Below, one piece after another: positions 57,254 through 64,000 of a stretch of DNA of 64,000 nucleotides. The translations under genes and the position numbers were made by a program. Source of the stretch: Spirochaetia bacterium (GTDB taxonomy: Bacteria > Spirochaetota > Spirochaetia > SZUA-6 > Bin103); NCBI GenBank assembly GCA_965203905.1, contig CBDBDQ010000005.1, forward strand, positions 2,976,001 through 3,040,000. The letters are read 5' to 3'. Under the pieces are notes generated by a model, which worked only from the letters and a program-made list of their open reading frames with translations, did no database searches and had not been told where the DNA came from. Position 1 is the first letter of the stretch. The number at the start of each line of letters is the position of its first letter.

Positions 57254-58236
57254 GCAGCCAATCCAATGGGGCGCGGCACGCTCCCGCTCTGCCGGCCGGC
57301 CGGCCGAACCAGGAGATCTTCGCCGAGACGTTGCTGGAGGCGGCACGGCGCGACCCGACCGTCCTGGTGGTAACCAGCGACTCACGGGGGTCTGCGAGGC
57401 TCGGGGAGTTCGCCGACGAGTTTCCCGAACGCATCGTGGAGCTCGGCATCGCGGAGCAGAACGTCGTCGGCGTCGCGGCAGGCCTGGCAGCCGGGGGCAA
57501 CAAGGTCTTTGCCGTCTCCCCGGCATGCTTCCTCACCACCCGGGCGCTGGAGCAGATCAAGAACGACGTTGCTTACTCCGGCCACAAGGTGGTCCTGGTG
57601 GGGATCAGCGCAGGCGTGAGCTACGGCGCCCTGGGCTCGACCCACCACTCGCTGAACGATCTCGCATCGCTCAGGGCCCTGAACAACCTCGATATCGTCG
57701 TGCCGGCCGACAACCGACAGACGCGGCAGGCGGTGTTGGCGGCGCTCGACCACCCGCGTCCCCTGTACTTGCGATTCGGCAAGCGTCCGGTCCCGGATCT
57801 GCCTGCCGGCGGCGGCGAGTTCTCCGTCGGACGCGGAGACTGCATCGCCGAAGGTGCGGATGCCGCCCTGGTGGCCACCGGGGAGACGGTGTGGCGAGCC
57901 ATGGCGGCGCGCTCGGCCCTCGCGGAGGAAGGGATCTCCTGCCGGGTTCTGAGCATGCACTCCATTCGCCCATTCGACGGCGCCGCGCTGCTGGATGCGG
58001 CCCGGTCGGTACGCGCCGTCGTGTGCGTCGAGGAGCACTCGGTGCACGGAGGCCTCGGTGAGCAATGTGCGGCGTTGCTCATGCAGGAAGGGGTGCGGGT
58101 GCCTTACCGGATCATGGGCATCCCGGACGAGTACACGGTGACCGGCAGTCAGGAAGAAATTCTGTCGCACTACGGCATCTCGGCGCAGGGCATCGCCAGC
58201 GAGATTCGCCGGCTGCGGGAGTCCAGCCGATACTAG
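57250..58236 (+). CDS. aptB: Split transketolase C-terminal subunit (apulose-4-phosphate transketolase B)
   Basis: GIAEQN, RALEQIKND, GSTHH, YLR.GK, EEHS..GGLG; TTGA overlap. Confidence 0.82.
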   Translation: MSSQSNGARHAPALPAGRPNQEIFAETLLEAARRDPTVLVVTSDSRGSARLGEFADEFPERIVELGIAEQNVVGVAAGLAAGGNKVFAVSPACFLTTRALEQIKNDVAYSGHKVVLVGISAGVSYGALGSTHHSLNDLASLRALNNLDIVVPADNRQTRQAVLAALDHPRPLYLRFGKRPVPDLPAGGGEFSVGRGDCIAEGADAALVATGETVWRAMAARSALAEEGISCRVLSMHSIRPFDGAALLDAARSVRAVVCVEEHSVHGGLGEQCAALLMQEGVRVPYRIMGIPDEYTVTGSQEEILSHYGISAQGIASEIRRLRESSRY

Positions 58237-58263
58237 GAAACGCGACCAGGAAGGAGGAAAGAC

Positions 58264-59231
<968 letters not shown>

Positions 59232-59235
<4 letters not shown>

Positions 59236-59397
59236 CAGCCCGTGGCGAAACTCCGGCTGCATTCGAGCAGCGCTGCATCCCGGCTGGCTGCGTTGCTCGT
59301 CGCTCACATATACACGGATATGCTCGTTCCTCGCGCCTTGCCAGCCGGGCGCCTCGCCGCTCTCGGTGCGACGCCGGGTTCCACCACGGGCTGCTAG
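59232..59397. mobile_element. MITE-like palindromic element (166 bp)
   Basis: Perfect 14-bp terminal IR CTAGCAGCCCGTGG / CCACGGGCTGCTAG extending imperfectly to ~24 bp; nested stems CCCGGCTGGC/GCCAGCCGGG and CATAT/ATATG; CTAG at both ends. Confidence 0.85.
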
Positions 59398-59401
59398 CCG
59401 C

Positions 59402-60901
59402 ATGCACATCCTGGCCGTGGACCAGAGCACCGCGTCCACGAAGGGCGTGGTCTTCGATGAACGGGGCACGGTTGTGGCGCGGGCGTCGCGGCCCCACCGG
59501 CAGCATCACCCGCGGCCGGACTGGGCCGAGCACGATGCGGAGGAGATCTACCGCAACGTCCTCGCGGTAATCGGAGAACTGGTCCAGGGTGCGGTGGACG
59601 GCCGCTCGCTCGCCGGCCTGGCCATCACCAACCAGCGCGAGACCGCGGTGGTCTGGGACCGGAGTTCCGGCCGTCCCGTGCACGCGGCGATAGTCTGGCA
59701 ATGCATGAGGGGCGCCGCGGCGTGCCGCGAACTGCGCGACCAGGGGCTCGAGGAGCTGTTCCGGCAGCGCACGGGGCTGATCCTGGATCCATTTTTTTCT
59801 GCCAGCAAGATACGGTGGGTGCTGGAGCACGTGCCCGGCGCGCGCCGGAAGGCCGAATCAGGCCAGCTTCTGGCCGGCACCATCGACAGTTGGCTGGTGT
59901 GGAAGCTCACCGGCGGCGCCGTTCACGTCACCGACCTCTCCAATGCGAGCCGTACGCTGCTGCTGGATCTGCGGCAACGGCGATGGGACCCCGAGTTGTG
60001 TACGCACTTCGGCATTCCCCTGGAGATGCTGCCCGAGCTGGTTTCCTCGAGCGGGGTCCTGGGCGAGACGACCGCGGACGGCGCACTGCCGGCACCGCTA
60101 CCGATCGCCGGCATCGCCGGCGACTCGCACGCCGCCCTCTTCGGCCAGCGCTGTTTTTCTCCCGGTGACGTGAAGGTGACCGTGGGCACGGGTTCCTCCA
60201 TCATGGTGAACGTGGGCGCGCAGGTCCGTGATTCCGGCCGCGGGCTGGTCAGCTCGGTCGGGTTTGGACTCGACGACCGGGTCGATTACGTGCTGGAGGG
60301 CAACGTGCACGCGGCCGGCGACACCATCCAATGGCTGATCGAGGGACTGGAGCTGTTCGACGACATCGAGACGATCGAGCGGCTGGCGGGCTCGGTCGCC
60401 GACAGCGGCGGGGTGTGCCTGGTTCCGGCGTTCAGCGGGTTGGGAGCACCTTACTGGGACAATGACGCCACGGCGGTGCTGGCCGGAATGAGCCGCGAAA
60501 CCACCCGTGCGCACGTTGCCCGGGCTGCCGAAGAGAGCATCGCCTGGCAGGTGCGCGACGTGCTGGAGGCGGCGTGCGCGGTAGTGGGCACACCCCTGGC
60601 CGACCTGCGGCCGCGGTTGGACGGCGGCGGCAGCGAGAGCGACTTCCTGATGCAGACTCTGGCGGACCTGATCGGCGTTCCGCTGCTGGCCGCGCCGCAC
60701 CAGGACATGTCGGCTCTGGGTGTCGCTTTCCTGGCGGGCCTGGCGACCGGGGTGTGGCAGGGAACGGGCCAGCTCGAGGAGCTTCCGGTCGCCCGGCGCC
60801 GCTTCGAGCCCGCCCTGGCGGCGCGCGAGCGGGAACAGCGCTACGCGAACTGGCTGCGAACCGTGCAACGCGCCAGGCTGCGTCCGGATGAGTCCGGATG
60901 A
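59402..60901 (+). CDS. aplK: FGGY glycerol-kinase-like sugar kinase (apulose kinase)
   Basis: DQSTASTK, ITNQRET, AIVWQC.R, GTIDSWL, TD.SNASRT, GDSHAALFG, VPAFSGLGAPYW, DGG; operon context. Confidence 0.78.
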   Translation: MHILAVDQSTASTKGVVFDERGTVVARASRPHRQHHPRPDWAEHDAEEIYRNVLAVIGELVQGAVDGRSLAGLAITNQRETAVVWDRSSGRPVHAAIVWQCMRGAAACRELRDQGLEELFRQRTGLILDPFFSASKIRWVLEHVPGARRKAESGQLLAGTIDSWLVWKLTGGAVHVTDLSNASRTLLLDLRQRRWDPELCTHFGIPLEMLPELVSSSGVLGETTADGALPAPLPIAGIAGDSHAALFGQRCFSPGDVKVTVGTGSSIMVNVGAQVRDSGRGLVSSVGFGLDDRVDYVLEGNVHAAGDTIQWLIEGLELFDDIETIERLAGSVADSGGVCLVPAFSGLGAPYWDNDATAVLAGMSRETTRAHVARAAEESIAWQVRDVLEAACAVVGTPLADLRPRLDGGGSESDFLMQTLADLIGVPLLAAPHQDMSALGVAFLAGLATGVWQGTGQLEELPVARRRFEPALAAREREQRYANWLRTVQRARLRPDESG

Positions 60902-60918
60902 CAGTGCAATGCCAAAGC

Positions 60919-60953
60919 AAACGCTTGACATCGAAAACAGTCGAGTCTATGAT
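60919..60953 (+). promoter_or_regulatory. Near-consensus sigma70 promoter of the CUT1 operon, with possible LacI-type operator
   Basis: TTGACA (60925-60930)-17 bp-TATGAT (60948-60953); AAACGCTT core overlaps the -35. Confidence 0.7.
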
Positions 60954-60979
60954 TATCGGATCATCGTTAGGAGGTGTGT

Positions 60980-62314
60980 ATGTTCAAACGAAGCATCGTA
61001 TTCGTTCTGGCGCTCGTGGTTGCGGGGGGGATGGCATTTGCATCCGCTGCCGAGGAGTCGGGCGCGGGCGCTTCAAGTGCCGAGGAGTTGACCTACTGGT
61101 ACGCGGGCACGGATGCGGAGATCGCATTCGTACAAGCGGCCGTGGACGAGTACAACGCGCAGTCCAGCGGCCCGCAGATTCAGATGGTCGAGCGCCCGGC
61201 CAGCAACGAGGCAATGGCGACCGCGATCGCGGGTGGTCAGGGCCCGGACATTCTGCATTACAACCACAACACGGTGTGGTTCTTCGGCCTGGATTCCATC
61301 TACGACCTGAAGGAGTTCGTGCTCGACGACGAGATCGGGATGGACTCGGGGTCGTTCATGCCCGCTCCGCGCATGTCGGTGAACTACGGTGGCCAAGTGA
61401 TCGCGCTGCCGATCTCGTTCGGCCTTGGAGCGGTGATGTACAACGCCCGGCTGATCGAGGAGGCTGGGCTCGATGCCAGCGACCCACCGCAGACCTGGGC
61501 CGAATTCGAAGAGTGGGCGGAGGCGCTGACGAAACGCGAAGGCGAGGAGACCGTACAGTGGGGCGTGACGGTGGACTCGGTGGACTGGCTGCTGCAGGAA
61601 GTGATGTTCGCGAACGGCGGCGACTGGAACAACGACGACATGTCGGAGTACGCACCGTTCAAGGAAGAGCTGATCGGCGGAGTGGCGTGGATCGATCGAC
61701 TGGTCAACGAGTTGGAGGTGATGCCGATCCCGCGAGGGGTTACCTGGACCGGCACGTCACAAATGCTCGCCGGCGAACAGGGCTTCGAAAACGAGACGAT
61801 CGCGATGAAGATTGGTCACAGCGGCTTCGCCGGTGAGATGGCGATAAATCCCGATCTCCGCATCGGGCTGTTCCCGATTCCGCGTGGTCCCCTGGCCGGC
61901 GACACGGTCCGTATCAGCACCGGTTACAACGGGCTGCACGTGATGTTCAACTCGGCCGACCCACGAGAGAGCTACCTGTTCATGAAGTGGATGGTGGAGA
62001 ACAAGGCCTCGGACCTGGCGTCCATCACCACCAGCTTTCCCGCGTACGCCGAGAACCTGGACCGGTATCGGAACGATCCCACCTTCGCCGCGATGGTGGA
62101 TCACCTGCTGAAGAGCCCGGTGCGGCGGTTTCACGTCTTTCCGGCGCGCCTCGACGTACGCTCACAAGAGCCGGCCGTGGTGGAGAATGTGCTCCTTGGC
62201 CGCATGACTCCGCGCGAGTCGGTGGAGAATTTCAAGGAGCATGCCAAGCGCGTGTTTGCCGAGAACCGCATGGAGCTCGACGAGTTCATCTCGATTCAGG
62301 AGCCAGTCTGGTAG
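60980..62314 (+). CDS. Extracellular sugar-binding protein (family 1)
   Basis: Signal peptide MFKRSIVFVLALVVAGGMAFAS, AGGQGPDI, EAGLD...PPQTWAE; AGGAGGT SD. Confidence 0.9.
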   Translation: MFKRSIVFVLALVVAGGMAFASAAEESGAGASSAEELTYWYAGTDAEIAFVQAAVDEYNAQSSGPQIQMVERPASNEAMATAIAGGQGPDILHYNHNTVWFFGLDSIYDLKEFVLDDEIGMDSGSFMPAPRMSVNYGGQVIALPISFGLGAVMYNARLIEEAGLDASDPPQTWAEFEEWAEALTKREGEETVQWGVTVDSVDWLLQEVMFANGGDWNNDDMSEYAPFKEELIGGVAWIDRLVNELEVMPIPRGVTWTGTSQMLAGEQGFENETIAMKIGHSGFAGEMAINPDLRIGLFPIPRGPLAGDTVRISTGYNGLHVMFNSADPRESYLFMKWMVENKASDLASITTSFPAYAENLDRYRNDPTFAAMVDHLLKSPVRRFHVFPARLDVRSQEPAVVENVLLGRMTPRESVENFKEHAKRVFAENRMELDEFISIQEPVW

Positions 62315-62320
62315 CGTACC

Positions 62321-62386
62321 ATCTCACGCACCAGTGAGATAACGGAGACCGGCGCCTGTCCGTATCTGTTTGCGCGGGCAGGCGCC
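62321..62386 (+). terminator. Two stem-loops after the SBP gene (mRNA stabiliser or attenuator)
   Basis: ATCTCAC/GTGAGAT and GGCGCCTGTCCG/CGGGCAGGCGCC inverted repeats. Confidence 0.5.
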
Positions 62387-62410
62387 TTCTCTTCGTAAGG
62401 AGATTGGGCA

Positions 62411-63340
62411 GTGCAGAGCGGAGTCAGTCAGACCGCGCTGGCAGCGAAGCAACAACGTCCAGGGTTTACCGCGAGACGCCAGGAAATGATCTTCGGAATC
62501 CTGTTCGCGGCTCCCGTTGTCTTGCACCTGGTTATCTTCAAGTACTACCCCGTTCTCTATTCCATCGGTCTCAGTCTCTACCGGGGATCCCTGCTGGATC
62601 CATTTCAGAAGTTCTTCGGGTTGGGGAACTTCCTCTTTGTACTGCGCAACGAGTACGCCATTCGCGGATTCCTGAACACCTTTCTGTATGGGGCCATGTA
62701 CGTTCCCGGCACCGTCGTGCTCGGCATCATACTGGGCTTGCTGGTGTCCAAGGAGTACGCCGGCAAGAGCATCTTCCGCGTAGCCTACTATACGCCCGTG
62801 GTGGTCTCCATCGTGGCCGCCGTGCAGGTCTGGTCGTGGGTCCTCAGTCCGAACAACTACGGCTTGGCGAACACGGTCCTGACCTCGGTCGGGCTCCCGG
62901 CCCTCCAGTGGTTCTACCATCCGGGCACCGCGCTCGCCTCCGTGGCAGTCCTGGGATTCTGGAGCGTGGGGCTCAACATGCTCATATTCCTCGCCGCCAT
63001 CAAGAACATCCCCGCGCAGCTCTACGAGTCCGCCACCGTGGACGGTGCCGGTCCCTGGCGGATGTTCTGGCGGATCACGATCCCGTTGCTGATGCCAACC
63101 ATCTACTTCGTGACGATCACCTCCACGATCCTCTCGTTGCGGCTGTTCGAGCCGATCCTGCTGCTGACCGGCGGTGGTCCGCTGAACTCCACGACGACGG
63201 TTTCATTTCAAATCTACGAGCAGGCATTTCAATTCGCCCGCTGGGGACGGGCATCGGCGCAGGCCGCGATCTTCTTCTTCATCGTGCTTGGCATCACCGT
63301 GATTCAGTACAAGGTGCTACCCGAGTCGTACGAGAAGTAG
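62411..63340 (+). CDS. Carbohydrate ABC permease (MalF-type)
   Basis: FFGLGNF, FLAAIKNIP..LYESATVDGA, TGGGP; AAGGAG SD. Confidence 0.93.
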   Translation: MQSGVSQTALAAKQQRPGFTARRQEMIFGILFAAPVVLHLVIFKYYPVLYSIGLSLYRGSLLDPFQKFFGLGNFLFVLRNEYAIRGFLNTFLYGAMYVPGTVVLGIILGLLVSKEYAGKSIFRVAYYTPVVVSIVAAVQVWSWVLSPNNYGLANTVLTSVGLPALQWFYHPGTALASVAVLGFWSVGLNMLIFLAAIKNIPAQLYESATVDGAGPWRMFWRITIPLLMPTIYFVTITSTILSLRLFEPILLLTGGGPLNSTTTVSFQIYEQAFQFARWGRASAQAAIFFFIVLGITVIQYKVLPESYEK

Positions 63341-63354
63341 GACCAGGAGCGGCG

Positions 63355-64000
63355 ATGTATCAGAACCGAGTTTACGTCTTCAAGAGGCGTCTCAATCACC
63401 TGCTGTGGCTGCTCCTCTGCGTGATGTTCCTGTTCTTCTTCATCGGCCCGTTCGTGTGGATGGTGACGACGTCGTTCAAGGCTCCCGCCGATATCGTGCG
63501 CTTCCCGCCGCGGCTTTTCCCCGAGCGCTGGGTGGTCGACAACTACGTCACCATGTGGAACGAGTTGAATTGGCTGCCCATGTTCGCGAACAGCTTCTGG
63601 ATCACGGGGGTAAGCGTCTTCCTGCTGGTGATGGTGAGCGCGCTTGGCGGGTTTTCGTTTGCCAAAATGCGCTGGCCGCTGCGCACCTTCTGCTTCCTGT
63701 TGATCGTTGCCGGTCTGATCGTACCGACCGAGGTAGACATGATACCCCGCTTTCTCATGATGACCAGTTGGGGGCTCACCGGTACCTACATTCCGGTCAT
63801 CCTGCTGATCATCGGTCAGGGCTTCCAGACCTTCATGATTCGGCAATTCATCGGCACGATTCCCGACGATTACTTCGATGCGGCGAAGGTCGATGGGATG
63901 GGCTATGTCTGGATGTTCGTCAAGATCGTGTTGCCTCTTTCCAAGGCTGGAGTCATCACGATGGCGATCTTTTCGACCTTCATGGTCTGGAACCAGTACG
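63355..64000 (+). CDS. Carbohydrate ABC permease (MalG-type), runs off the window; absent from the ORF track
   Basis: AGGAG SD, MYQNRVYVF...PFVWMVTTSFK...FMIRQFIGTIPDDYFDAAKVDG. Confidence 0.9.
   Translation, partial: MYQNRVYVFKRRLNHLLWLLLCVMFLFFFIGPFVWMVTTSFKAPADIVRFPPRLFPERWVVDNYVTMWNELNWLPMFANSFWITGVSVFLLVMVSALGGFSFAKMRWPLRTFCFLLIVAGLIVPTEVDMIPRFLMMTSWGLTGTYIPVILLIIGQGFQTFMIRQFIGTIPDDYFDAAKVDGMGYVWMFVKIVLPLSKAGVITMAIFSTFMVWNQY

Noticed and set aside
59402-60901. Call as housekeeping glpK
   Set aside because: DQSTASTK, WQC and GDSHAA variants plus the isomerase/transketolase context favour apulose kinase; no glpD or glpF nearby

Overview
High-GC bacterial window. The solute-binding-protein N-termini (FASG/AWGTG/FAAGAEE type) suggest a spirochaete, which is inference only. 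Nutrient-scavenging modules dominate: two oligopeptide-type (Opp/Dpp) and three CUT1 sugar ABC importers, none with an ATPase gene, plus GH42-, GH106-, GH38- and GH151/GHL6-like glycosidases and an esterase. There is also an operon for an unknown conjugate (atypical KARI paralogue, PAL-like lyase, RidA, D-aminoacylase, GNAT, PhyH dioxygenases, desaturase-like protein). A cobalamin riboswitch precedes btuCFD-cobT-cobS-cbiB-cobD-cobC-cobU, with a convergent cobQ. A complete D-apiose transketolase pathway (aptAB-apsI-aplK) faces a divergent DeoR / nucleoside hydrolase / histidine phosphatase / PhyH run. The most striking structure is a ~4.5-kb island between two ~1.14-kb diverged direct repeats, each holding a homocysteine S-methyltransferase gene. 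It carries a Menshen-type three-gene anti-phage operon, a decayed 2TM gene and an IS1-family remnant. Features missed by the ORF track include a 166-bp MITE at the apsI stop codon, a probable CTG-start gene, a probable leaderless adh-cobQ transcript and several pseudogenes. No tRNA, rRNA or CRISPR array was seen. All family calls come from motif recognition by eye; no searches were run.
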